Of a stretch of 64,000 bases of DNA, positions 42,578 to 50,484 are shown piece by piece. This DNA comes from an uncultured Bacteroidales bacterium (GTDB taxonomy: Bacteria; Bacteroidota; Bacteroidia; Bacteroidales; CAIXZF01), in the NCBI GenBank assembly GCA_903923925.1, contig CAIXZF010000036.1:1093-65092 (forward strand), in the 5' to 3' direction. The notes beneath the pieces are model-generated. The model ran no database searches and had not been told where the DNA came from. It saw nothing but the letters and a program-made list of their open reading frames with translations. Positions within the stretch are counted from its first letter, which is position 1, and each line of letters begins with the position of its first letter. A program made the translations under genes and the position numbers.

Positions 42578-43829
42578 AGCAGCGATTTGGGTATTTGCTG
42601 ATTGGGAGCCATTAGAAGGTCCTCAACAGATGGGAATTCTTACACCTCAGCGTGTTAGGGGTAAAGAGATTTTTTCTTTTGAATACCATGAATCATGGCT
42701 TAATACGAATAATCCTATCTTGTATCTGGATCCGAACCTAGGACATTATAAAGGAAAACAATATTTACCGGAGGGCGAGCGCAATTTTGGGATGTTCCTG
42801 GATTCTGCACCAGATCGTTGGGGAAGATTATTGATGCGTCGCAGAGAAGCATGGCTGGCTAAATCAGAAAATCGCGATGAAAAAAACCTTTATGAAAGTG
42901 ATTACCTGCTAGGGGTTTTTGACGGCCATCGGATGGGAGGATTGCGGTTTAAGGTTGCGCTGGATGGTGAATTCATGAATAATCAAAAGAAAATGGCCAC
43001 ACCACCCTGGACATCACTGCGTGAATTGGAATATGCCAGTTTGCAATTGGAAAAAGAGGATGCCATCCAGGATCCGGAATACGCCAGATGGTTGAATATG
43101 TTGATTGATCCTGGCTCCTCACTGGGAGGTGCAAGGCCTAAAGCAAGCGTACTTGATGAAAAGGGCCAGCTTTGGATTGCAAAATTCCCAAGTGCAAAAG
43201 ACGATAAAGATACAGGTGCCTGGGAAATGGTATTGCATCAATTGGCTAAATCATGTGGTATTCAAGTGCCAGAGGCAAGACTGCTTCAATTTTCAGGAAA
43301 ACATCATACGTTTTTATCCAGGCGATTTGACAGGCAAAACAATCAGCGACGCATTCATTTTGCATCAGCCATGTCGTTACTGGGTTATCAGGACGGAACC
43401 GATTTTCATGATGGTATCAGTTATCTTGATTTAGTTGCTTTTATCATTCAGCAGGGGGCATCTGTAAAAGCAGATTTAGAACAATTGTGGCGAAGAGTGG
43501 TTTTCAATATTTTGGTTTCAAATACTGACGACCATTTACGCAATCATGGATTTATTCTAGCAAGAAACGGCTGGCAGTTATCACCGGCCTACGACATGAA
43601 CCCGAATGAAAGGGGGAGTGGCCTAACATTAAATATATCGGAGCACAACAATGAGCAGGATATTTCATTAGCATTGGATACAGCAAAGCATTACAAGTTA
43701 ACTAAGCATGAAGCGGAATTAATTGTAAAAGAAATACAGAAAGAAATTTCCAACTGGCGTGCTGTTGCATCCAAAAATGGAATTGGCAACAGTGAAATTG
43801 AACAGACCAAGCGTGCATTCCGATATTAG
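42561..43829 (+). CDS. hipA: HipA-family serine/threonine kinase toxin (full-length, N-terminal plus core kinase domains)
   Basis: The ATG at 42561 was chosen (MSKKNEAAIWVFADW..). Has a HipA N-domain (..FSFEYHESWL......L.P.L........F..FLDSAPDRWGR.L), the loop GSSLGGARPKA and the catalytic motif NTDDHLRNHGF. Confidence 0.85.
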   Translation: MSKKNEAAIWVFADWEPLEGPQQMGILTPQRVRGKEIFSFEYHESWLNTNNPILYLDPNLGHYKGKQYLPEGERNFGMFLDSAPDRWGRLLMRRREAWLAKSENRDEKNLYESDYLLGVFDGHRMGGLRFKVALDGEFMNNQKKMATPPWTSLRELEYASLQLEKEDAIQDPEYARWLNMLIDPGSSLGGARPKASVLDEKGQLWIAKFPSAKDDKDTGAWEMVLHQLAKSCGIQVPEARLLQFSGKHHTFLSRRFDRQNNQRRIHFASAMSLLGYQDGTDFHDGISYLDLVAFIIQQGASVKADLEQLWRRVVFNILVSNTDDHLRNHGFILARNGWQLSPAYDMNPNERGSGLTLNISEHNNEQDISLALDTAKHYKLTKHEAELIVKEIQKEISNWRAVASKNGIGNSEIEQTKRAFRY

Positions 43830-43882
43830 ACATTTCAGGAAGAATAACAGATTGATTCAATTTCATGCAAAGAGCATATTTG

Positions 43883-43978
43883 TATACCCGAAGGGGTATA
43901 ATTTAATCAATTTTGAATAAATAGTACCCGAAGGGGTATAGTTATTGATAAAATTATTATTTTTGCACCCTAAAGGGT
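43883..43978. promoter_or_regulatory. Three phased palindromic sites (ACCC-N4-GGGT core), putative operators of the second Hip locus, overlapping its -7 box (TATTTTTG, 43958-43965)
   Basis: O1 is TATACCC-GAAG-GGGTATA at 43883-43900. O2 is TACCC-GAAG-GGGTA at 43925-43938. O3 is ACCC-TAAA-GGGT at 43967-43978. Centres are 40 and 41 bp apart. O3 lies between the -7 box and the ATG at 43986. Confidence 0.6.
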
Positions 43979-43985
43979 ATAAAAA

Positions 43986-44195
43986 ATGGATCTGGTAAGT
44001 TTTGTAAAAGAGAAACGAAAGTCAGTGAATCTGACACAGCCCGAGCTGGCAGAAAAAGCAGGAGTGGGCCTGCGTTTCGTAAGAGAATTGGAACAAGGCA
44101 AGCAAAGTTTGCGATTGGATAAAGTAAACCAGGTGCTTCAACTGTTCGGGTATGAAGTAGGTGCGGTATTAATGAAACCAACAACAGATTCGTAA
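43986..44195 (+). CDS. hipB: Small HTH protein (y4mF/HipB-type), first gene of a tripartite HipBST-like locus
   Basis: 69 aa. FVKEKRKSVNLTQPELAEKAGVGLRFVRELEQGK.SLRLDKVNQVL..FG. Confidence 0.8.
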   Translation: MDLVSFVKEKRKSVNLTQPELAEKAGVGLRFVRELEQGKQSLRLDKVNQVLQLFGYEVGAVLMKPTTDS

Positions 44196-44215
44196 TTACT
44201 TATTAAACTGAAAGC

Positions 44216-44545
44216 ATGCCAAAAGCAGTTGTGAAAATTAACGGAACAATGGCTGGGTGGCTCGTACAGGATGAACACGGTTATCATTTTGTGTATGATA
44301 AAGGATATATATCCCAACAGAATGTCCGGCCAGTTAGTTTAACACTACCAGTGCAGGAAGCTGCTTTTACATCAAAGGTGTTGTTCCCATTTTTTGATGG
44401 ATTGATCCCTGAGGGATGGCTTCTGGATATTGCAGAAAGGAACTGGAAAATAAATTCCAGAGACCGCATGGGATTACTGCTGGCTTGTTGCAAAGATTGC
44501 ATCGGGGCAGTAAGTGTGGAAGAAATAAAGGAGGATAACCAATGA
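44216..44545 (+). CDS. hipS: HipS-like protein (stand-alone HipA N-terminal subdomain)
   Basis: 109 aa. ..V.ING...G.L.......Y.F.YD.......PVSLTLPV........V.FPFFDGLIPEGW........W.I...D...LL....KDCIGAVSV matches the couple_hipA/HipA_N pattern. It has a 4-nt ATGA overlap with the kinase gene. Confidence 0.75.
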   Translation: MPKAVVKINGTMAGWLVQDEHGYHFVYDKGYISQQNVRPVSLTLPVQEAAFTSKVLFPFFDGLIPEGWLLDIAERNWKINSRDRMGLLLACCKDCIGAVSVEEIKEDNQ

Positions 44546-45483
44546 GCAGATGTTTATATTGTTATCAAACTTTAGAGAACAAGGCGGAGGATTTTCACGT
44601 TTCCTGCTCAAAGAAAATATTTGGCCATACCAGTCCTCCTGCATTACTTTATTCAGAACAAGACCTGGAATCTCTTGCCAGGGAAGTAATCCAAAGCCAG
44701 ACTGCTGTCACAGGAGTGCAGGCAAAATTGTCATTGCACATCACCGGGACACGAAATGATTATGAGGGGCGAAGATTTACAATTGTAGGCTTATGGGGAG
44801 GTTATATATTAAAGCCACCTGCTGCTACGTACCCTCAATTGCCTGAGGTAGAAGATTTGACTATGCATTTGGCCCAATTGTCAAAGATCAGAACAGCACC
44901 ACATAGTTTAATTCGATTGGCATCAGGGAATCTGGCCTATATAACCAAACGGGTTGACCGTACAAAAAATGGCAAGTTGGCCATGGAAGATATGTGTCAG
45001 TTAACGGAACGGCTTACAGAAGACAAATACCATGGCAGTTATGAGCAAATAGCGAAAGCCATTCTGAAGTATTCTTCTATACCCGGTTTAGATGTGGTAA
45101 ATTTTTTCGAGTTAGTATTGTTCTCATTCTTAACCGGTAATGCAGATATGCATTTGAAGAATTTCTCTTTACTGGAGCAGCCGGGTTTGGGAATGGCATT
45201 GTCGCCTGCCTATGACCTTGTAAACACTGCTTTGATAAATCCTTCAGATGAGGAAGAACTGGCGGTGAATCTGAACGGTAAAAAGAAGAAAATAAAGAGG
45301 CAGGATTTTATTGCATCGATGAACACGCTTAAGTTGGAGGAAAAACAACAACAGAACATTTTTAATAAAATTGTAAAAGGAATGCCCCAATGGTTGGCGT
45401 TTATAGACAACAGCTTTTTAGGCAAGGATTTAAAAGAAGGGTACAAGCAAATAGTTACAGAACGATTTGAAAGATTAAAATGA
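44542..45483 (+). CDS. hipT: HipT-like kinase (HipA core kinase domain lacking the N-subdomain)
   Basis: 313 aa. The Gly-rich loop is TAVTGVQAKLSL. Also has YILKP and the catalytic motif GNADMHLKNFS followed by LSPAYDL. It is preceded by an unusual strong SD, AAGGAGGA (44528-44535). Confidence 0.8.
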   Translation: MSRCLYCYQTLENKAEDFHVSCSKKIFGHTSPPALLYSEQDLESLAREVIQSQTAVTGVQAKLSLHITGTRNDYEGRRFTIVGLWGGYILKPPAATYPQLPEVEDLTMHLAQLSKIRTAPHSLIRLASGNLAYITKRVDRTKNGKLAMEDMCQLTERLTEDKYHGSYEQIAKAILKYSSIPGLDVVNFFELVLFSFLTGNADMHLKNFSLLEQPGLGMALSPAYDLVNTALINPSDEEELAVNLNGKKKKIKRQDFIASMNTLKLEEKQQQNIFNKIVKGMPQWLAFIDNSFLGKDLKEGYKQIVTERFERLK

Positions 45484-45709
45484 TTAACTGTACCTTATTT
45501 GTACCTCAAATCCATAACTACCTGTAAATCAATTCAAGTTACTTTTTGTATTGGGTAGTAAACGCCGATAATCAACACACCCAGAAAGTGGCAAAATTAC
45601 CCGGTGGAGAATACCTTGATATGTATCTATATAATCCTCCCAGGGATGAGATGGAGAAACATAAGCAAGAGTGCAGTATCGTTATCGTATATTTACGTAT
45701 CATATCGTA

Positions 45710-45943
45710 TCAATTGATGTAAATTATGGCAAGGATAAATACAGTAAACTTGGATTTGAGTTTTGAATTAATCAATAAATTGAGTTTTATTGATCGCTTT
45801 AGCGGTGAGTGGTCAAATATTGACAAGCTCGAATCCTCACCCATCTCATCCATTTTCGCTACTTGTTGCAGCATAGACCTTATATCTTCCTGGTAACTTC
45901 TGATTTTGGGTGACTCCGGAACGTAAAGTTCGCCGAATTTCAT
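45710..45943 (-). CDS. Hypothetical 77-aa ORF 6 nt downstream of the minus-strand hipT-like gene. Doubtful, since an antisense 56-aa ORF at 45726-45896 (+) competes with it.
   Basis: The ATG at 45943 follows the hipT-like stop (45950-45952) after gtctgc. The N-half is charged and the tail is hydrophobic (FTVFILAIIYIN). No family was recognised. Confidence 0.2.
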   Translation of the reverse strand: MKFGELYVPESPKIRSYQEDIRSMLQQVAKMDEMGEDSSLSIFDHSPLKRSIKLNLLINSKLKSKFTVFILAIIYIN

Positions 45944-45949
45944 GCAGAC

Positions 45950-46879
45950 TTATAACTCTATGATTTTCAGGCGGCTTTCAAGTAGTTTTTTGTATTTTCC
46001 TTTTAATTCATCTGAAAGAAAACAAGCGGAAAGCAGGGTAAACCATGTTTCTTTTGCCTGGGATAATGCCTGCAAACTACTTTCCACCACTTTATTCGTG
46101 AGGCCGCAGCGTTCTTTCCCGAAATAGTCAACGAATAGCTTTCTGGTAAGTTTTCTTTTTTTGCCGGCAAGAGTTAATGCTATTTCTTCGGCTCCTCCCT
46201 TCAGTACAATGGTAGAATTCAGCAGGTCGTATGCAGGAGAAAGTTCTATTTTATCACCCTCCCTGATTACGGAATAATTTTTCAGATGCATATCTTCATT
46301 TCCTATAAGGAAATTAAAAAGCAGCAGCCTGAACAATTTTGCTTTTTCGATTACAGGAAAAGTGCAGTATTCGTCCAGTAACAGCAGCAGATTTTCCATG
46401 GAGTAATTGTATTTTGTATCCCTTGTAAGTTTTGCAAGCTGCGCGAAATCTTCAACGGGGATTTTATCCTTATGTCCTTGCCTGTCGAAACGTTTGATAA
46501 AATAAGTAAGTGAATTATCTTTCGACCAAATCATTCCGTGCAGTGGAACTTTAATGCCGGCAGCTTTAGCCATCCGCATGCATACATCTTCATTTTCGGG
46601 GAGCTGAGGGTATATGTGATGCTGTGGTTTCAGAATGTACTTCCCTCCGGAATCAACCAGATCAAACCTTGATTCTTTAATATTCAGGAGGGCACTAAGT
46701 TTTGGCTGGACACCCTGAATAGATATTTTTGTGGCTCTGGCCATTGCTTCTGCTCTTTGCTCTGCTGCTGTATAAGACAATAACTCCAGGTTATCCAGAT
46801 TCTGAGATAAAAGTTTAAGCCCTTTTTCACTGTATAGGAAATCTCCGCAGGGTTCATATGTAAGAGGACATGTTTTCAT
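45950..46879 (-). CDS. hipT: HipT-like kinase (second copy, divergent paralogue)
   Basis: 309 aa. The Gly-rich loop is KISIQGVQPKLSAL. Also has YILKP and the catalytic motif GNEDMHLKNYS followed by LSPAYDL. Confidence 0.8.
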   Translation of the reverse strand: MKTCPLTYEPCGDFLYSEKGLKLLSQNLDNLELLSYTAAEQRAEAMARATKISIQGVQPKLSALLNIKESRFDLVDSGGKYILKPQHHIYPQLPENEDVCMRMAKAAGIKVPLHGMIWSKDNSLTYFIKRFDRQGHKDKIPVEDFAQLAKLTRDTKYNYSMENLLLLLDEYCTFPVIEKAKLFRLLLFNFLIGNEDMHLKNYSVIREGDKIELSPAYDLLNSTIVLKGGAEEIALTLAGKKRKLTRKLFVDYFGKERCGLTNKVVESSLQALSQAKETWFTLLSACFLSDELKGKYKKLLESRLKIIEL

Positions 46880-47190
46880 AAAATAATCTCTTTCACGCTT
46901 ACTGCCCCAACTGTGTCATTACCAACTAGTATTAACTGCGAAAAGAAATCATTTCTGTCGACTTTACCCTGTTTCAATAAACCCTCTAATTGGTGTCCTT
47001 CAGGCAAAAGACCATCAAAGAAAGGAGGGAAATGATCAAATGAATAAAATTTCTGATCAAGGGGCATGGTGAGTGAAACGGGAAGGCCGTTATATCCATC
47101 ATTGTATTCAAAGGCGTATTCCTTTGCAAAAACTCTTTCAGAAAGCAAGCCGGCATCTTTACCGCAGACAAATACTTTAGCTGTTCTCAT
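46876..47190 (-). CDS. hipS: HipS-like protein (second copy)
   Basis: 104 aa. ..V.V.G...G.L.......Y.FEY.......PVSLTMPL........FPPFFDGLLPEG........G.VDRNDFFSQL...G.DTVGAVSV. It has an ATGA overlap with the kinase gene. Confidence 0.75.
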   Translation of the reverse strand: MRTAKVFVCGKDAGLLSERVFAKEYAFEYNDGYNGLPVSLTMPLDQKFYSFDHFPPFFDGLLPEGHQLEGLLKQGKVDRNDFFSQLILVGNDTVGAVSVKEIIL

Positions 47191-47416
47191 CTTTGATCAT
47201 TATTTGATTCATAAGATGGCTTTGCAACACAACTTTAATATTCAGTACTTTGAATATCTTTCTTAACGTATCAAGTTGAACTGTTTCCTTTCCTTTTTCA
47301 ATATCAAAAACAACCGTTTTCCCTATACCAGCCATTTCCGCCAGCTGCAGCTGACTGAGACCAGCGGCCTTCCGGTGCTTTTTAATTATTTTTGAAAGAA
47401 CTTCTGACGAAAGCAT
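47177..47416 (-). CDS. hipB: Small HTH protein (HipB-type), first gene of the second tripartite locus
   Basis: 79 aa. IIKKHRKAAGLSQLQLAEMAGIGKTVVFDIEKGKETVQLDTLRKIFKVL. It overlaps the hipS-like start by 14 nt. Confidence 0.8.
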   Translation of the reverse strand: MLSSEVLSKIIKKHRKAAGLSQLQLAEMAGIGKTVVFDIEKGKETVQLDTLRKIFKVLNIKVVLQSHLMNQIMIKDENS

Positions 47417-47418
47417 TA

Positions 47419-47557
47419 TTGCCGTTTTAGCGGCAAATATAAGCTAATTTGTAATAATAGTCAAGATAATTCATAAAATTACTGCCATGACAGTAATTTG
47501 TATCAAATTTAAGTTCATTTTAAGTAAATAGAAGAGTATTTACCGTTTTAACAGTAA
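47419..47557. promoter_or_regulatory. Three phased palindromic sites (TTRCYG-N6-CRGYAA), putative operators of the minus-strand Hip locus. Site A overlaps its -7 box (TATATTTG on minus, 47434-47441).
   Basis: A is TTGCCG-ttttag-CGGCAA at 47419-47436. B is (A)TTACTG-ccatga-CAGTAA(T) at 47478-47497. C is TTACCG-ttttaa-CAGTAA at 47540-47557, with one arm mismatch. Centres are 60 and 61 bp apart. Confidence 0.55.
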
Positions 47558-47567
47558 TATTTGGTAT

Positions 47568-49925
47568 TTAAACACTGTCAGGGAAAGTCAATTCAACAAA
47601 TGCACCACCATCAGAATTATTACCAAGGTTAATATTGCCATTATGTGCATTCAAAATAAGTGAACACAAATATAAACCTAAGCCTGCATTCGCATCAAGG
47701 TGTATCAATACATTAAAAGGAATTATAGGCGATTGCAATAGTTTCTCTGTAAAACCTGTTCCCTGATCTTTGATAGTGCAATTAACCATGTTGTTAGATT
47801 TCGAAAGTTCAATGCAGATTTTTCCATTTGCGGGCGAATGCCTGATTGCATTATCAATAATATTATGAAGACATTTCTTAAAATAGGATTCATCCACCGA
47901 AACAAGGAAATCATTGGAGATAGATATTACTTCAACTTCCAGATTCTTCTTCTTAAGATCAGAAAAATAACTACTGCTTACAGTTGTTGCTAATTTTTTC
48001 AGATCAATAACAGTTTTTCTAAGTAAACCTTCATTCTTTGTTCTTAATTCAGAGATATCCAAAGTTTTTAGAGAGAAAACTTCAAGCCGGCGAACAGAAA
48101 TGTCAAGGATTTCAACCATACGTGTGGTTAATTCAGGACTATCAGAGGTTTTGAGAATATCAACAGGGCCTAGAATACCATTTAGAGGAGTTCTTATCTC
48201 ATGGTGTATTATCTGAAGGAATTCATTTTTTGCCTGGTCCAGGACTTCAAGTTCTTCTTTAGCTTTAAGTAACTTGATATTTGCCTCCCGGAGCTCGGCA
48301 GTCCGGGCAGCAACCTCGGATTCAAGAAGTTTATTGTACCGCTTTTTTAACATGAGTGAACGGTATATCAATAATGCAATCAATAGCATTAGTATAAATC
48401 CTATCGAAATTGATGCAATAGCAATTCGCTGATGTTTAATTCTCAGGGTAATTATTTCAATCTCTTTGGCGTTTATTTCCTTTGTTCTGCTGGCTTCTAT
48501 GTCGGAAATTTTCCGCTGATTTTCGAGGTTAAAAACGGAATCCTGGAGTATATTAGAAGAATCGGAATACAGGAATGCATTTTTCCAGTCCTTAGTAAAC
48601 TGACTGGCTCTTGCAATATTTAAGTAGGCTTCTATCATAGGATCGAGCTCACCGAGTTCCTTCCCGATAACAATTGCCATTTTGTTATATTTTATTGAAT
48701 TGTTGAGATACTCCTTTTCATTAATGAATTTTTTAGATTTAGATTCAGGAACTGATATGGATGAGGAATCTGTAACCATTCTCATGTATAATTCACCCAT
48801 ACCTTTCAGAGCATAAAGGATACTGCTTTTTGCGCCAATTTCTATACTTAATTCATAGGCACTTTTGTAATATAACAAAGATTGGTTGAAGTCGTTTAAA
48901 TGCGAATACACTCTTGCAATACTATTTAATGCTGACGACATGCCGAATTTTTGCTTGATCTGTTTGAATTGGTCAAGGGATTTCAGATGACATTCAAGAG
49001 CCTTTTTGTAGTCGTGCTGATTTGTGTATACGTTGCCAAGATTTGTATAGGTACTCGCTGTTGCACGTTTGTCGCCTATACTTTCTGATATTTTAAGCGA
49101 AATAATATAATTTTCCAGCGCTTTTGAATAATAAAGTTGCCTGAAATAAATTACTCCGATATTTCCGTAAGTACTTGCGCTGCCTTTTTTGTTACCGGTT
49201 TTTTCGTATATTTTGAGTGATTTAAAATAATATTCCAGCGCTTTTGGATAATCAGGCAAGCGGGAGTAGATATTTCCAATTCCGACGAGAGCATTTCCCT
49301 GTACTTTCAGATTGTTGCTTTTTTCAGCTAGCTGAAGCGATTTAAATTGATATTCAAGTGATTTTGGGTACTCCCCCTGAACATAATAAAGGTTGCCAAT
49401 ATTCCCATAAACGCTAGCACATCTGCCTTTGTCGTTGATTTCTTCAAGTGTTTTATACGCTTTGTTGTAGTATTTGAGGGTTTGAGCAAAATCAGATTTG
49501 CTGAAATAGATGTTGCCAATGTTAAGATAGATTGTTGCTACCGTTGATTTGTCATTAATTTTTTCACTGATTTTTAAAGCCTTATTAAAGTTTTCAAGTG
49601 CTTTTTCTATGTCTGATTTCACATAACAGCACACCCCGATTCCCAGGAAAGATTTCGCAATGCCTTTTTTAAAGTTTAACTTTTCGGCAATTTTCTTCCC
49701 TTGAAGCGCATAATCTATTCCAGCCATCGGGTCTATACTCTGAAATTCCCATGCAAGGTCATTCAATAGATTTACTTTAGTTGTGTCTTCTTTAGTATGA
49801 GATGTCAGAGATACAAGCATTGAATCAACTTTGTCCTGCCCTTGTTTTTGTGCATTACTGGCAGGAAGATTCAATATGAACAAAAGAATGCCGACAAGCA
49901 GAATATGAAGCGTTGGCTTATTCAT
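47568..49925 (-). CDS. TPR-repeat sensor histidine kinase
   Basis: 785 aa. Has a signal peptide and about 8 TPR units (..A....G.IY....(D/Y)Y.KALEY(Y)..(S)L.I.E..). These are followed by a TM helix (IASISIGFILMLLIALLIY), a coiled coil, the H-box HHEIRTPLNGI and HATPase N/G boxes. Confidence 0.9.
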   Translation of the reverse strand: MNKPTLHILLVGILLFILNLPASNAQKQGQDKVDSMLVSLTSHTKEDTTKVNLLNDLAWEFQSIDPMAGIDYALQGKKIAEKLNFKKGIAKSFLGIGVCCYVKSDIEKALENFNKALKISEKINDKSTVATIYLNIGNIYFSKSDFAQTLKYYNKAYKTLEEINDKGRCASVYGNIGNLYYVQGEYPKSLEYQFKSLQLAEKSNNLKVQGNALVGIGNIYSRLPDYPKALEYYFKSLKIYEKTGNKKGSASTYGNIGVIYFRQLYYSKALENYIISLKISESIGDKRATASTYTNLGNVYTNQHDYKKALECHLKSLDQFKQIKQKFGMSSALNSIARVYSHLNDFNQSLLYYKSAYELSIEIGAKSSILYALKGMGELYMRMVTDSSSISVPESKSKKFINEKEYLNNSIKYNKMAIVIGKELGELDPMIEAYLNIARASQFTKDWKNAFLYSDSSNILQDSVFNLENQRKISDIEASRTKEINAKEIEIITLRIKHQRIAIASISIGFILMLLIALLIYRSLMLKKRYNKLLESEVAARTAELREANIKLLKAKEELEVLDQAKNEFLQIIHHEIRTPLNGILGPVDILKTSDSPELTTRMVEILDISVRRLEVFSLKTLDISELRTKNEGLLRKTVIDLKKLATTVSSSYFSDLKKKNLEVEVISISNDFLVSVDESYFKKCLHNIIDNAIRHSPANGKICIELSKSNNMVNCTIKDQGTGFTEKLLQSPIIPFNVLIHLDANAGLGLYLCSLILNAHNGNINLGNNSDGGAFVELTFPDSV

Positions 49926-49977
49926 AGGAATATTGTTATTGTTATTTTTTTGAACACAATTCCAGAGGTTGAGTTAA

Positions 49978-50484
49978 CTAAAGTAAACAATCTAAATCAG
50001 AAAGGCAATAATAGTCTATAATTGTCAATATTTTTTTTCGCCATGCTGAATGTGATCTGGCATAACCCGACACACCCAATGTCTTTATCCAGAGGCGGTA
50101 GTCTTTATTTTCACACAGGGCCTGGTAGAACGATCGTTTTGATATCCATTCACAAAATCCTTTGTAGGAAAGGGTGTCGGAAATGTATGTCCGGTAAGCA
50201 GTTATATGTTTCGTTCCGGGGATTCGATTTTTTTTTTGACTCTTTATTCCAAAGTGGTTATTTAGCAATCTTGCATTTCTGCTGGTTCCTGCTGCACTTT
50301 CAGTAATTGCTATGCTTAAAATAATACTTGCGGGAATGCCTGATTCCCGCATCATTGAAATTGCAAGTGATTGATATTTAATGACATAAGAATGAGCAAT
50401 TGATTGTCCAAAGACAATATTTATCTGGCTTATACAAAAAAGCAGAAACAGCAGGCTATATTTTATAAAATTTCCTGAGGCCAT
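49978..50484 (-). CDS. Glucosaminidase/muramidase-domain protein (FlgJ/LytD-type peptidoglycan hydrolase)
   Basis: 168 aa with a signal peptide. ..A..M.RESGIPASIILSIAITESAAG.SR.A...NN.FGIK matches the mannosyl-glycoprotein endo-beta-N-acetylglucosaminidase-like domain. The start overlaps the upstream stop (TAATG). Confidence 0.7.
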   Translation of the reverse strand: MASGNFIKYSLLFLLFCISQINIVFGQSIAHSYVIKYQSLAISMMRESGIPASIILSIAITESAAGTSRNARLLNNHFGIKSQKKNRIPGTKHITAYRTYISDTLSYKGFCEWISKRSFYQALCENKDYRLWIKTLGVSGYARSHSAWRKKILTIIDYYCLSDLDCLL

